DNA from: Bacteroidota bacterium
GTDB lineage: Bacteria > Bacteroidota > Ignavibacteria > Kapaibacteriales > Kapaibacteriaceae
Length of the DNA: 64,000 nucleotides
Direction: 5' to 3'
NCBI GenBank assembly: GCA_039795225.1
Contig: JBDKEN010000002.1
Coordinates: forward strand, 1,012,880 to 1,076,879
Part shown: piece by piece, positions 30,847 to 40,945 of the stretch
Numbering within the stretch: position 1 is the stretch's first letter
How the letters are laid out: each line of letters begins with the position of its first letter
The notes under the pieces: model-generated
Seen by the model: the letters and a program-made list of their open reading frames with translations, nothing else
The model's database searches: none
Told to the model about the DNA's origin: nothing
Translations under genes and position numbers: made by a program

Positions 30847-32187
30847 ATGAGAATACCTGCACTCCTTGCCGCCCTTGCGCTCGTCGTCAATACAGCCTCT
30901 TCCCAGTACTGGGTCGAGACTACCGGACCAGCAGCGCCAACAGTATCACTGGCCGCCAACTCGAAAGGTCATGTGTTCGCTGGCACGGAGTACAGCAAGA
31001 TCTATCGAACAACAGATAAGGGGCTGACCTGGGAACCTTTCGACCAGGGAATCGATGATGGGATCAACTTCTTTACGATTTCCCAAATTCGGATTGCCCC
31101 CAACGACGTTATCTATGCAGCCGTGAATGGCCTTGGCCTTGTGCGCTCAGATGATGACGGTGTTACCTGGCGTAAGCTGGACATCGGAATCAATGACATC
31201 GTTGGCAATGCGCGGATCTTCTTCGATCTCAAACCACTGAAGGACGGTCGCCTTCGCATCCTTCTCGGGTACGATGGTGGTGCCTCATCCTTGTTGCTCC
31301 GTCGATCGGATGACGGTGGTGAGACATTTACAGAGGTGCCAAAGTCAAATTTGCCGACATCGATTTCGGCGATTTTCGGGGCGTACATGTCGCCGAATTC
31401 GGACAAGTTCTTTGTCTTGGTGAGTTACAACAAAGGGCTGTACCGCTCATCGAATTTCGGAACAACGTGGACGCGCATTGATTCGGATCCTTCGTCAGGC
31501 GAAAGCGATGATGCCTTCAAGACGATGGCCTACGATGACAAGGGGCATCTCTACGTCGGACGAAATGCACTTTCGGCATCGACCAAGACGCAGAATGCCG
31601 TCGTCATGAAGTCGACTTCGGATGGAGAGTCGTGGTCGTATTTGACCAATGGTTGGGATAACCGTGACATTACCAACAACCGAATTTCCTCCATCGCGAT
31701 GGGGAAGAATGGTGTGATGATCGCCACCGTTGAGAAGGTTTCAGGACCGTTCCGAAGCACTGATTATGGAGCCACTTGGACTCAGATTCGTGATGGTTTT
31801 CGCAACGATGATGGAGCTGCTCGTGGTGCGGTCATTACTGCCGATGGTACAGAGTACATCGCTCCCATCGGTGAATTCGTGATGCGACATGGAAGTGCAA
31901 CGTCAGTCCAGCAAGAAGTTCCGCTGGCATTGCGCGTGCGGGCATTCCCCAATCCAACGACAGATCGCATTCGGATTGATATTGCAACGATGCACAGTGG
32001 AATAATTGATGTCGACCTAATCGATGCTGCAGGCCAGCGCGTAGTTCCAACGCATTCGATCGTGAGCACACCTGATACGACCTCATCGTTGTGGCTGACA
32101 ACGTCGAGTATCCCTGCCGGTGCCTACGTTGCTACTGTACGTTCAGCGGCCGGCGTCTCGACGGTGCCTGTTGTTGTCGTTCGATAA
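30847..32187 (+). CDS. BNR/Asp-box repeat protein (Ycf48/sortilin-like beta-propeller) with a T9SS C-terminal sorting domain
   Basis: 446 aa from the Met before the signal peptide (MRIPALLAALALVVNTASS); the listed ORF start at 30571 runs antisense into mpl. Six SxDxGxTW motifs. C-terminal ~80 aa are CTD-like (RAFPNPTTDRIRIDIA...AGAYVATVRSAAG). Confidence 0.8.
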   Translation: MRIPALLAALALVVNTASSQYWVETTGPAAPTVSLAANSKGHVFAGTEYSKIYRTTDKGLTWEPFDQGIDDGINFFTISQIRIAPNDVIYAAVNGLGLVRSDDDGVTWRKLDIGINDIVGNARIFFDLKPLKDGRLRILLGYDGGASSLLLRRSDDGGETFTEVPKSNLPTSISAIFGAYMSPNSDKFFVLVSYNKGLYRSSNFGTTWTRIDSDPSSGESDDAFKTMAYDDKGHLYVGRNALSASTKTQNAVVMKSTSDGESWSYLTNGWDNRDITNNRISSIAMGKNGVMIATVEKVSGPFRSTDYGATWTQIRDGFRNDDGAARGAVITADGTEYIAPIGEFVMRHGSATSVQQEVPLALRVRAFPNPTTDRIRIDIATMHSGIIDVDLIDAAGQRVVPTHSIVSTPDTTSSLWLTTSSIPAGAYVATVRSAAGVSTVPVVVVR

Positions 32188-32221
32188 CGGTTACAGCGAG
32201 GTGTGGAACCTCGCCGATCTG

Positions 32222-32659
32222 TCATTTCCGTTGTAGATCGAGGATCTTTGTGATCCACCATGATCCTTCTTTGCGAAGAGTCTCGAACCGCATTTTCCGT
32301 ATGTAGTCCAAGGTGATCGTGACTTCATGCGATGCGTCTGATAGCGTATCCACCTGCGTTTCCGAGATCGGAACACCAGCCATTACGGAGCGCCAGCGCA
32401 CAAGATCGTCGGCCAGCTCATATTTCTCAACGGCGAGAAGCGGTCTTCCTGTGGTATTGACCATGAGTTCTGTGGCAGCCGTTGTGTTGCCACTGTCAAT
32501 CTCGGCCTTGAAGACATGAACCACACCGGCTGAGGTTCGCTGACTCCGTTCAATTGGCGCAACGCGTCGCTGGGTGGTGCCAATAACAAAGACCTCACAT
32601 CCCACGAGAATGATGGTGGCCGAAATGATGGCGGCTACTGATGTGCGTGGTGATTTCAC
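32222..32659 (-). CDS. hypothetical lipoprotein
   Basis: 145 aa with a signal peptide and lipobox-like ILVGC. No recognisable domain. Last gene of the rimM-trmD string. Confidence 0.5.
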   Translation of the reverse strand: MKSPRTSVAAIISATIILVGCEVFVIGTTQRRVAPIERSQRTSAGVVHVFKAEIDSGNTTAATELMVNTTGRPLLAVEKYELADDLVRWRSVMAGVPISETQVDTLSDASHEVTITLDYIRKMRFETLRKEGSWWITKILDLQRK

Positions 32660-33516
32660 GATTCAATCCATGTCATCAGGCATTGAAAGGCTTCATGGAA
32701 GCCAGGCGTAATGCGCTCTACAGGGTGGGTCATCCCAAACGTGTGGGTTGTGTTCTCAATGGTAAGCACAGCGTGATTGGCATCACACGACGCAGCGAGT
32801 TTCTGGATTTCGGACAGTGGAACCGTTAGGTCTTGGGCTGCATGGATCAGCACAACATTATCCCGCAAACGATTCATCGCCGTGAGCAGAGAAAGCCTAT
32901 CAGCATGGGTCTCGAGATCCATAACGAATGATGCATCAATCCGTACGATTTGTCCAGTGCGTTGATTATGTACATCAACGAATCCAGCTTCCTTCCATGC
33001 CGCGGCCTGTCGTGGCGTCCACCGCGTCCATGTGCCAACGGCGTTCAGTCCTGCTACGCGCAGTGATGTCCACGAAGGGGCGGTGCTGGTGGAAAGCTCT
33101 CCACCTGCGACGAGTGCAATGCCCCCTCCGCGAGAATGTCCGACGAGGATCAGCCTTCCATTCCAGCGATCTCTGATCATCGCATAGTCTGTGGAATCGC
33201 TAATGTGACGAACCAGATCATGGACGTCGTCCACTTCACGGCTGAGCGTATTGCGCGCAAAGTCGTCTGGCTTCTGGACGAGCCATGCAGAGTTGTCCAT
33301 ACCGTTGAGAGAGAAGCACATTCGTAGTGCAATCATACCGCGATCTGCGGCACCTTGCGCGATCCATGGAAGGAAGCCGTAGTTCCGGAATCCTTTGTGA
33401 CCGTGTAGGATGATCATCAACGGGGCTCGCTGCGAGGCATCGTCGGGAATGGTTGCTGTGGTATGGAGTAGGTCGCCATGTCGATTCGGCACGGAGATGA
33501 CAGATTCAACATGCAT
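32656..33516 (-). CDS. alpha/beta-fold hydrolase
   Basis: Nucleophile-elbow GHSRGG (LILVGHSRGGGIAL) with downstream Asp/His. Start set at the internal Met (MHVESV) so it does not overlap trmD. Overlaps the downstream lipoprotein start by 4 nt. Confidence 0.75.
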   Translation of the reverse strand: MHVESVISVPNRHGDLLHTTATIPDDASQRAPLMIILHGHKGFRNYGFLPWIAQGAADRGMIALRMCFSLNGMDNSAWLVQKPDDFARNTLSREVDDVHDLVRHISDSTDYAMIRDRWNGRLILVGHSRGGGIALVAGGELSTSTAPSWTSLRVAGLNAVGTWTRWTPRQAAAWKEAGFVDVHNQRTGQIVRIDASFVMDLETHADRLSLLTAMNRLRDNVVLIHAAQDLTVPLSEIQKLAASCDANHAVLTIENTTHTFGMTHPVERITPGFHEAFQCLMTWIES

Positions 33517-33518
33517 GA

Positions 33519-34223
33519 CTAGTCGTTCTCCGAAGTCAGAAGGTCTGGTCGGCGTTGTTGCGTCTTCGTCATGGCCTGATCGTGCCTCCATTGACGGATC
33601 TTTGCGTGATTCCCGGAAAGCAGCACATCCGGAACGGTATGGCCGCGAAAGTCTGCGGGCTTCGTATAATGAGGTGCATCCAAGAGGCCGTGCATGAAGG
33701 AATCCTCCAGCACACTTTCGGCGTCTCCCACCACACCAGGGACCAAACGAACGATTGCATCGGTTACAACGGCAGCCGCAATCTCGCCACCCGTAAGCAC
33801 GTAGTCACCAACAGATACCTCACGTGTTACAAGAAGGTCGCGAATCCGTTGATCGATCCCCTTGTAGTGTCCACACAGCAAGATGAGCGATGACGTCAGA
33901 GATAGCGAGTTACACAGGTTTTGCGTAAGCGTTTCGCCGTCTGGGCAGAGATAAATGACGTCATCATACGTCCGCTCTTGCTTGAGCTGCTCAATGCACC
34001 GGAACACTGGCTCGCATTGAATAATCATCCCCGCACCGCCACCATATGGCGTATCGTCGATATGACGGAAGGTATCTGATGCGTAGTCGTGAAGATTGTG
34101 GAGCTGAATCTTGGCTAGACCCTTATCCTGTGCGCGCCCGATTATGGACGTCGAAACGAATGACTCAAGGATCTGGGGGACAACACAGACGATGTCGATG
34201 CGGATGCGAGGATCAGACATCAT
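33519..34223 (-). CDS. trmD: tRNA (guanine37-N1)-methyltransferase
   Basis: SPOUT-class TrmD blocks (IRIDIVCVVP, LCPDGETLTQ, LLCGHYKGIDQRIRD, VSVGDYVLTGGE). Start taken at the MM pair rather than the listed TTG at 34322. Confidence 0.85.
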   Translation of the reverse strand: MMSDPRIRIDIVCVVPQILESFVSTSIIGRAQDKGLAKIQLHNLHDYASDTFRHIDDTPYGGGAGMIIQCEPVFRCIEQLKQERTYDDVIYLCPDGETLTQNLCNSLSLTSSLILLCGHYKGIDQRIRDLLVTREVSVGDYVLTGGEIAAAVVTDAIVRLVPGVVGDAESVLEDSFMHGLLDAPHYTKPADFRGHTVPDVLLSGNHAKIRQWRHDQAMTKTQQRRPDLLTSEND

Positions 34224-34761
34224 CGGGCTCCGATGATGTTGTATTGATGTCTTCGAGTCCTGGAAGAAGTCGTACACGAATCGTGCGATGTTCAAGATCG
34301 ACAGAGAGGATGACGTCGTCAATTACTGGCAGGGGAATCGTGTTGCCGTCGGATGTCGTGACAACCCACACATCATTAGCGGGCATGAGCCATACGTCCG
34401 AGATGATTCCAATCGTTGTGCCAGTCTCATTGAGGACGGTACAACCTTCTATTTCACCAATTCGATAGCGACGTGTGGCATCGATGCCGACATCGGCTGC
34501 TTGCACGTATACGGCCTGATCGATCAACGGAGTGACGGATTCTGCAGTTGTGATTTCGCGAAATCGCAGGGTTGTACGAAAGGGTGTCGACTCGAAGTTG
34601 TCAACACGGAACGTCTTTGTGAAGTCTCGGGAATAGCCCACGGCTACCAGATCGCCAGCAACGATGGGACGGGGCAAGACAACAACGTCGGTAAGGATCA
34701 TCGTCCCGTCTAGCCCGTGCGACCGTGAGATCACTCCGAGGTATTCATCGAAGGTAGTCAT
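34213..34761 (-). CDS. rimM: 16S rRNA processing protein RimM
   Basis: About 182 aa with an N-terminal RimM beta-barrel (YLGVISRSHGLDGTMIL) and a PRC-barrel C-terminus. Precedes trmD as in the canonical operon. Confidence 0.8.
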   Translation of the reverse strand: MTTFDEYLGVISRSHGLDGTMILTDVVVLPRPIVAGDLVAVGYSRDFTKTFRVDNFESTPFRTTLRFREITTAESVTPLIDQAVYVQAADVGIDATRRYRIGEIEGCTVLNETGTTIGIISDVWLMPANDVWVVTTSDGNTIPLPVIDDVILSVDLEHRTIRVRLLPGLEDINTTSSEPDDV

Positions 34762-34802
34762 GAACGCAGTAGGCATCTCGTGAACGAGATTGGGTGCCCC
34801 TT

Positions 34803-35666
34803 TTACCCGAGGTAGGTACGCAGAGCCTTACTGCGTGAGGCATGACGCAGACGGCGGATTGCCTTTTCTTTGATCTGGCGCACACGCTCGCGTGTGAGGT
34901 TGAACTTCTCACCGATTTCTTCGAGTGTCAAGGCCTGCTGGTCGTCCAGTCCAAAATAGAGACGGATCACTTCCGCCTCGCGCTCGCTGAGCGTGTTGAG
35001 AACTTGCTGAACCTCTACTCGAAGAGACTCGCGCATGAGTTCACTATCAGGCGGTGGCTGCTGGTCGTTTGGAAGGATGTCCAGAAGACGGTTGTCTTCT
35101 CCCTGCACGAATGGCGCATCGACCGAGAGGTGGCGTCCAGAAATCTTGATCGTCTCAGAAATTTCGGCGATCGACATTTCGAGCTGCTCAGCAAGCTCAG
35201 CTGCGGTTGGTTCGCGCTCGTACTGCTGTTCGAGCTCGGAGAACTTCTTCCCAATCTTATTCAGTGCACCAACGCGATTGAGTGGCAAGCGAACAATACG
35301 CGACTGCTCAGCCAATGCCTGCAGGATGCTCTGGCGAATCCACCATACAGCATAGGAAATGAACTTGAAGCCTCGAGTTTCATCGAAACGCTTCGCAGCT
35401 TTGATCAAACCAAGGTTGCCTTCGTTGATCAAGTCACCAAGTGAGAGCCCCTGATTCTGATACTGCTTGGCAACAGAAACGACAAAGCGCAAGTTGGCTT
35501 TGACAAGGCGCTCAAGAGCCATTGACCCCTCGAATCCTCCCTTGCGAATCGTCTGTGCGAGCACGATTTCATCGTCTCCTGTCAACAAATCGACGCGGCC
35601 GATTTCCTGGAGATACTTGTCAAGCGACTGGGATTCGCGATTGGTGTACTGTTTGGTAATCCTCAT
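34803..35666 (-). CDS. rpoD: primary RNA polymerase sigma-70 factor (short form lacking region 1.1)
   Basis: 287 aa with regions 1.2 ([11 protein letters not shown]), 2.x ([13 protein letters not shown]...[10 protein letters not shown]), 3 and 4.2 ([15 protein letters not shown]...[19 protein letters not shown]). The short length is typical of Bacteroidota-type sigma-A. Confidence 0.9.
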   Translation of the reverse strand: MRITKQYTNRESQSLDKYLQEIGRVDLLTGDDEIVLAQTIRKGGFEGSMALERLVKANLRFVVSVAKQYQNQGLSLGDLINEGNLGLIKAAKRFDETRGFKFISYAVWWIRQSILQALAEQSRIVRLPLNRVGALNKIGKKFSELEQQYEREPTAAELAEQLEMSIAEISETIKISGRHLSVDAPFVQGEDNRLLDILPNDQQPPPDSELMRESLRVEVQQVLNTLSEREAEVIRLYFGLDDQQALTLEEIGEKFNLTRERVRQIKEKAIRRLRHASRSKALRTYLG

Positions 35667-35764
35667 GGATGACGTTCCGCGGAATACAATGGGGGAAGGG
35701 GGCTTGCTACTGCGCAGCTCACGACGATCATCAATCGCCGTTCGTGCATTTCGGCAAGGGGTGC

Positions 35765-35772
35765 AAATTTAG
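35765..35772 (-). promoter_or_regulatory. candidate -7 promoter element (TAAATTTG, Bacteroidota-type TAnnTTTG) upstream of rpoD
   Basis: On the minus strand, the sequence reads TAAATTTG about 100 nt upstream of the rpoD ATG, with a TTG roughly 17 nt further upstream. Only meaningful if the organism uses Bacteroidota-type sigma-A promoters. Confidence 0.25.
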
Positions 35773-37403
35773 TGATTCGACGGCAATTCTCCGGAGAGGA
35801 ATTGCTGATACCGCTGCGTGCGGAGGATCTCCGCTGCGGCACGAATGGCTGGGGTCCTTGCGAGCAACAGGGCATCACGGTCCTTAGATGTACCGAATCG
35901 TGCCCGCATTTCAATGGTAATGAGCTCGACCAGCTCCTTTTGCTCGCGACGCAAGGCAATGTTGACATCCCGCTCGGCTACTCGGATGGCTGATTCAAGG
36001 GCGGCAACCGTTCCAGCGGGCCATTTGTCGTTTCGTGCTTGGTCAATCGATGCACTTAGGCTGGCTAAGATCCGAGATCGCTTGGGAAGGGGCTGCTGCG
36101 CTATGAATTTGAGGAAGGCATCAACGGTCTCATTAGATGCGGAGAAGCCGGCAGGAAGTGCCGTCATTGATGACGTGGCTCTTGTTGCAAAGCGTTGAAT
36201 GAGGTTTTGGTTCCAGAGGAACTGCACAACCGGAGCGAACAAGGAGTCTGACACCGTTGAGTCCGGATCGATGCCATGTGTTGCGGCAACCGTTCTGCCC
36301 GCAGCCGTGCGGTAGACGGCTGTGTCGCGCCGAGCTGGCTCGCCCCGATAATCAATCTGCTGGATACAGCGTCCCGACGGAGTGTAGTACCTCGCAGTTG
36401 TGAGCTTCAGAAGTGCCTCGTTGTCGAGTGGGATGATCGATTGCACAAGCCCCTTGCCAAAGGATCGGCGACCTACGATTACGGCACGGTCCAGGTCTTG
36501 AAGGGCACCGGCAACAATTTCACTCGCACTTGCCGAGCGCTCGTTGATCAGCACAGCGAGGGGTACTGTCGGTTCAATTGGGTCGGTCTCCGAGACATAG
36601 TCTGATTGCGATTCCTCATATCGTCCGCGAGTGCTGACAATTCGACTGCCACGTGGAACAAAGAGTTCGACAACATTGATGGCTGCTTCGAGAAGTCCAC
36701 CCGGATTATCACGAACATCCACGATCAGCCCCTTCAAAGGGCTCCGTGTGCGCAGGCGGGCGATCGCCTGCTTGAGCTCTGCAGCGGTGTTGCGGGAAAA
36801 GCGGACCAGATTGATGTAGCCAATCTCGCCGGGTAGGATGTCCGTAACACCGATGGACTCGAGTTCGAGTTCATTGCGTGATACGAGAAGGTCAATCGTA
36901 TCTGAGCGCCCTTCGCGCATGAGTCGGAGTCGTGCACGTGATCCGACCGGACCTCGTGTGTAGGTTCGGAGCTGATCCGATGCCATCGTGTCTGTCCGGG
37001 TTGAATCGATAGCCAAGAGCTGGTCGCCGATACGGATGCCTGCCAGACGTGCTGGACCCGCTTCACGCACATCGGTGATTGTTAGAATACTGTCGATGCT
37101 TGTCACGCTGATGCCGAAGCCGACATACGAGCCCGTAGTGATCGATTCGACTTCGTCGGTCTCGTCGTGCTCGAAGTATTCACTGTATGGGTCGAGGTGG
37201 TCGAGCATTGCGGCAACCCCAACATCGATCAACTCTTTGGGGTCTACATCATCAACGTATCTCGAGTTGATCTCACGAAAAACGAATCCGAAGGTCTCAA
37301 TGGCCTTAGAGATTCGAATAAGTGTTGAGTCATCCTCACGGGCATGCGCGGCAGGCGTTTGAACGATGCAGGCAGCCGCGACGATGATCAGAAGGTTTCT
37401 CAT
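35769..37403 (-). CDS. ctpA: carboxyl-terminal processing protease (S41 family, tail-specific)
   Basis: 544 aa with a signal peptide, a PDZ domain, S41 catalytic region (VDVRDNPGGLL, RSFGKGLVQS) and a C-terminal extension. Confidence 0.85.
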   Translation of the reverse strand: MRNLLIIVAAACIVQTPAAHAREDDSTLIRISKAIETFGFVFREINSRYVDDVDPKELIDVGVAAMLDHLDPYSEYFEHDETDEVESITTGSYVGFGISVTSIDSILTITDVREAGPARLAGIRIGDQLLAIDSTRTDTMASDQLRTYTRGPVGSRARLRLMREGRSDTIDLLVSRNELELESIGVTDILPGEIGYINLVRFSRNTAAELKQAIARLRTRSPLKGLIVDVRDNPGGLLEAAINVVELFVPRGSRIVSTRGRYEESQSDYVSETDPIEPTVPLAVLINERSASASEIVAGALQDLDRAVIVGRRSFGKGLVQSIIPLDNEALLKLTTARYYTPSGRCIQQIDYRGEPARRDTAVYRTAAGRTVAATHGIDPDSTVSDSLFAPVVQFLWNQNLIQRFATRATSSMTALPAGFSASNETVDAFLKFIAQQPLPKRSRILASLSASIDQARNDKWPAGTVAALESAIRVAERDVNIALRREQKELVELITIEMRARFGTSKDRDALLLARTPAIRAAAEILRTQRYQQFLSGELPSNH

Positions 37404-38833
37404 GTATGGAGTCGACGTGCGATCTCGCCAGAAAGTTGACCGGCATCGATACGGATTTGCTGCATCGAGTCGCGTTCACGCAGGGTAACCGTCCCGTCTT
37501 CGATAGTCTGCCCGTCGACCGTAATACAGAACGGCGTACCGACCTCGTCTTGTCGGCGATACCGACGGCCAATGGCACCCGAGGTGTCATAGTCGACGCG
37601 ATAGCTCTGCTGGAGATTGCGCACAATCTTCTCAGCAGCCTCAGGCATCCCGTCCTTATTGACAAGTGGTAGAACGGCTGCCGTTATTGGGGCCAGTGAT
37701 GGTTTGAGACGTAGGACGACGCGCGTCTCCGTGCCTCCGTCACTTGTCGGGATCTCTTCCTCAGCGTAAGCATCGCAGAGAACGGCCATAAAGGTTCGTG
37801 TTGCACCGACTGCCGTTTCGATAACGTATGGAACAAATCGATCCTTCGTTGCCGTATCCACGTATTCGAGTTTCTTGCCAGAGAACTCTTGGTGACGCCC
37901 AAGATCAAAGTCAGTTCTAGAGTGAATGCCCTCAACCTCACCCCAACCAAATGGGAACAGGTACTCGATGTCCTCGGCCGCAGCAGCGTAGTGTGCGAGT
38001 TTTTCATGGGGCTTGCGGTGCAGGCGATCAGGATTCACGCCAAGTGTCTGAACAAACCAATCCCAACGTGCCTGTCGCCAATATTCGAACCACTCAGATT
38101 CAGAGCCAGGCTTGACAAAGAATTGCATCTCCATTTGTTCGAACTCGCGTGTTCGAAAGAGGAAATTCTTTGTGTTGATCTCGTTGCGAAAGCTCTTGCC
38201 GATTTGGGCGATCCCAAACGGTGGCTTCATGCGAGCTGACTCCATGACATTCTTAAAGTTCACAAAAATGCCCTGTGCAGTTTCAGGACGCAGGTATACC
38301 ACATTTGCCGCATCTGCAACGGGGCCAACGTGGGTCTCGAACATCAGATTGAAGTTGCGAACCTCGGTCCAATCGGTCGTTCCTGAAATTGGGTCAGGAA
38401 TGGCGTTGGTCATGATGATGGCATGCAAGTCATCGTTCGACGTTGCTGCATTGAGCGCTGCCTCAACTGCTGCCGCTTGTTCAGTCTTACCTTTTGTGCG
38501 GAGTCGCGTGATGTATTCTTCAATCAAGTTATCGGCACGATGACGAGACTTTGACGTCTTGTTGTCAATCATCGGGTCAGAAAACTGTTGCACGTGGCCC
38601 GATGCCTCCCACACGCGCGGATGCATGAGAATCGATGAGTCGATTCCAACAATGTCCGACCGGAAGGTCATCGCACGCCACCACGAGTCTTTGATGTTGC
38701 GAAGGAGCTCAACGCCCAGAGGGCCGAAATCCCAGCAGCCATTTAGGCCACCATAGATTTCTGAAGACTGATAAACAAAGCCCTTTCGCTTCGAAAGGGA
38801 GAGGATAGCATCGAGGGACGGGAGTGAGGCCAT
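37400..38833 (-). CDS. glyQS: glycine--tRNA ligase (homodimeric alpha2 type)
   Basis: About 478 aa from the internal Met (MASLPSLDAI). Class II aaRS motifs and a C-terminal anticodon-binding domain. Stop overlaps ctpA by 4 nt. Confidence 0.9.
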   Translation of the reverse strand: MASLPSLDAILSLSKRKGFVYQSSEIYGGLNGCWDFGPLGVELLRNIKDSWWRAMTFRSDIVGIDSSILMHPRVWEASGHVQQFSDPMIDNKTSKSRHRADNLIEEYITRLRTKGKTEQAAAVEAALNAATSNDDLHAIIMTNAIPDPISGTTDWTEVRNFNLMFETHVGPVADAANVVYLRPETAQGIFVNFKNVMESARMKPPFGIAQIGKSFRNEINTKNFLFRTREFEQMEMQFFVKPGSESEWFEYWRQARWDWFVQTLGVNPDRLHRKPHEKLAHYAAAAEDIEYLFPFGWGEVEGIHSRTDFDLGRHQEFSGKKLEYVDTATKDRFVPYVIETAVGATRTFMAVLCDAYAEEEIPTSDGGTETRVVLRLKPSLAPITAAVLPLVNKDGMPEAAEKIVRNLQQSYRVDYDTSGAIGRRYRRQDEVGTPFCITVDGQTIEDGTVTLRERDSMQQIRIDAGQLSGEIARRLHT

Positions 38834-38839
38834 GATTGT

Positions 38840-40945
38840 ATGCGTCGTGAAGAAACGCTGAAAAATACGAAGTCCAAGCCGTTGCGTAGTTTTGGCGGTC
38901 AGTTCCGTCACGACATTTGGGCTCCCGTGCATACGACTTCTCTTCGCTTGCGTTTGACGCTTTTCGCACTCGTAGCGATCATCCAGACTCTGGCGCCATC
39001 GTCGGCCTGGTCGCAGATGCCTTCAGGCAAGGATAAGATCCGGTTCGAGGCGGTTGCTCCTTGCTCCTTGAAAGCAGGGGATACGACAACTGTGCTTGTC
39101 AAAGCACGCATTGCGAAGCATTGGCACAGTTACGGACTAACTCCAGCCATCGGTCCAGATGGACTGGGTCCAGATGCAACCGTCATCGCCGTGAGCCCTT
39201 CGAGTGTGGTGAAGCTGGCCGGCAAGCCCCGTATTGTCAAGGGTGCTCATTCGGCGTTCGACAAAACATGGGGTACCACAGTCGAAGAGCTCTCTGGTGC
39301 AGTGGAGATTGCGATCCCAGTTCGTGCTGTTCAGACGCTCGGCATCGGCGAACATCGCGCCACGATTACGGTTACGATGCAGATGTGTGATACGTCGGCG
39401 TGTCTCCCGTCAGAGGATATGCCGCAGTCTCTCAAGTTGGTTGTCACAGGTGTTGCTGCACCGGCTGATACTGCAGCAGTTGCTGATGCCATGCCAACAG
39501 CACCGGCTAATGCTACACCGGGTGCAGTTGCCGCAGCCGCGCCAGCAGAGGTGGAACAATCAGAGCTTGAAACTGAAAAGAGTAAGGGGCTCTTAAGCTT
39601 CTTTTTGTACGCCATGGGCGTGGGGTTCCTAGCGCTCTTGACACCATGTGTGTTTCCAATGATTCCAATCACGGTGTCGTTCTTCACAAAACGACATGAC
39701 AAACGTCGCGGGTCTGGTCTTCGCGATAGTGCCTTGTTTGGGCTCGGCATCATTTCGACCTTCACGGCGGTTGGAATTCTGGCATCGGTGATTTTCGGCG
39801 GTACTGCTGTCCAGGATCTTGCGGCAAACCCCTGGATGAACCTTGGCATTGGCCTCTTGTTCCTCGTTCTTGCCTTCAACTTGTTTGGCTCGTTTGAGAT
39901 TCAAGTCCCTGTGTCAATCATGAACGCCCTGAACAAGAAGTCACAAGGAGATGGCACGGTATCAATCCTGCTGATGGGATTAACATTTTCACTAACGTCA
40001 TTCACGTGTACGGTGCCATTTGTGGGCACGCTGCTCTTGAGTGCATCGAGCGGTGATTATTTGTATCCTGCCGTTGGCACATTCGGATTTGCCACCGCCT
40101 TCGCCATTCCGTTCGTGTTGCTGTCGATGTTTCCATCCCTGCTTATGAAGATGCCGAAAGCCGGTGGATGGATGAACAACCTGAAGGTCGTAATGGGCTT
40201 TCTCGAGATTGCCGCCGCAGTGAAGTTCTTTTCAACGGCAGAGTTCATTTTCGGTCTCGGACTCTTGCCTCGAGAGGTCTTCTTAGCTGTGTGGGCAGGC
40301 GTGTGTTTGTTGATCGTGCTCTACTTGCTGGGCACGTTCCACATGACGCTCGACTCGCCGGTAGAACGTGTTGGTGGTCTCCGTGCGTTCTTTGCCGTCG
40401 TCTTTGCCACACTCACGTTATGGTTCCTAGGAGGCATGCTTGGCAAGCCCCTTGCCGCAGATCTCGAAGCATTGCTGCCGCCGGAAAACTACCATCAGCT
40501 TCTTGACGAAATGAACGGATCGCAGTCAGCGCGTGCTTCGACGTCGGTCGTGCCGATTGGAACGGAACAGTCCGGGCACGGTGGGCTGACATGGTTGACG
40601 AATCTCGACAAGGCCAAGCAGATTGCAAAGTCGGAGAATAAGCCAATCTTTATCGACTTCACCGGGTTTGCATGCGTGAATTGCCGTCTTATGGAAAAGG
40701 AAGTGTTTCCGAAACCCGAGGTCGTGGAAATGCTCAAGAAGTTCGTTCTCGTGCAGCTGTATACGGATCGAAAGTCAGAACCTTATATCAGCAATCAGAA
40801 TCTGCTCAAGACATTTGGAACCGTTGCGAATCCACTCTATGTAATGTTGCGCGCCGATGGGGCGTATGTGGCGCAATCAGGTTTCCAAACGCAATACCGA
40901 TCTGATCCTTCCACGTTTGTCGCCTTCCTTTCCAAGGGGCTCTAA
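38840..40945 (+). CDS. dsbD: thiol:disulfide interchange protein DsbD (alpha domain + TM core + thioredoxin-like gamma domain)
   Basis: 701 aa. Periplasmic N-domain with the Cys pair (MQMCDTSAC), 8-TM core with CVFPMIP, C-terminal Trx fold (FTGFACVNCRLME). The signal peptide begins ~30 aa into the ORF, so the real start may be the GTG near 38927. Confidence 0.85.
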   Translation: MRREETLKNTKSKPLRSFGGQFRHDIWAPVHTTSLRLRLTLFALVAIIQTLAPSSAWSQMPSGKDKIRFEAVAPCSLKAGDTTTVLVKARIAKHWHSYGLTPAIGPDGLGPDATVIAVSPSSVVKLAGKPRIVKGAHSAFDKTWGTTVEELSGAVEIAIPVRAVQTLGIGEHRATITVTMQMCDTSACLPSEDMPQSLKLVVTGVAAPADTAAVADAMPTAPANATPGAVAAAAPAEVEQSELETEKSKGLLSFFLYAMGVGFLALLTPCVFPMIPITVSFFTKRHDKRRGSGLRDSALFGLGIISTFTAVGILASVIFGGTAVQDLAANPWMNLGIGLLFLVLAFNLFGSFEIQVPVSIMNALNKKSQGDGTVSILLMGLTFSLTSFTCTVPFVGTLLLSASSGDYLYPAVGTFGFATAFAIPFVLLSMFPSLLMKMPKAGGWMNNLKVVMGFLEIAAAVKFFSTAEFIFGLGLLPREVFLAVWAGVCLLIVLYLLGTFHMTLDSPVERVGGLRAFFAVVFATLTLWFLGGMLGKPLAADLEALLPPENYHQLLDEMNGSQSARASTSVVPIGTEQSGHGGLTWLTNLDKAKQIAKSENKPIFIDFTGFACVNCRLMEKEVFPKPEVVEMLKKFVLVQLYTDRKSEPYISNQNLLKTFGTVANPLYVMLRADGAYVAQSGFQTQYRSDPSTFVAFLSKGL

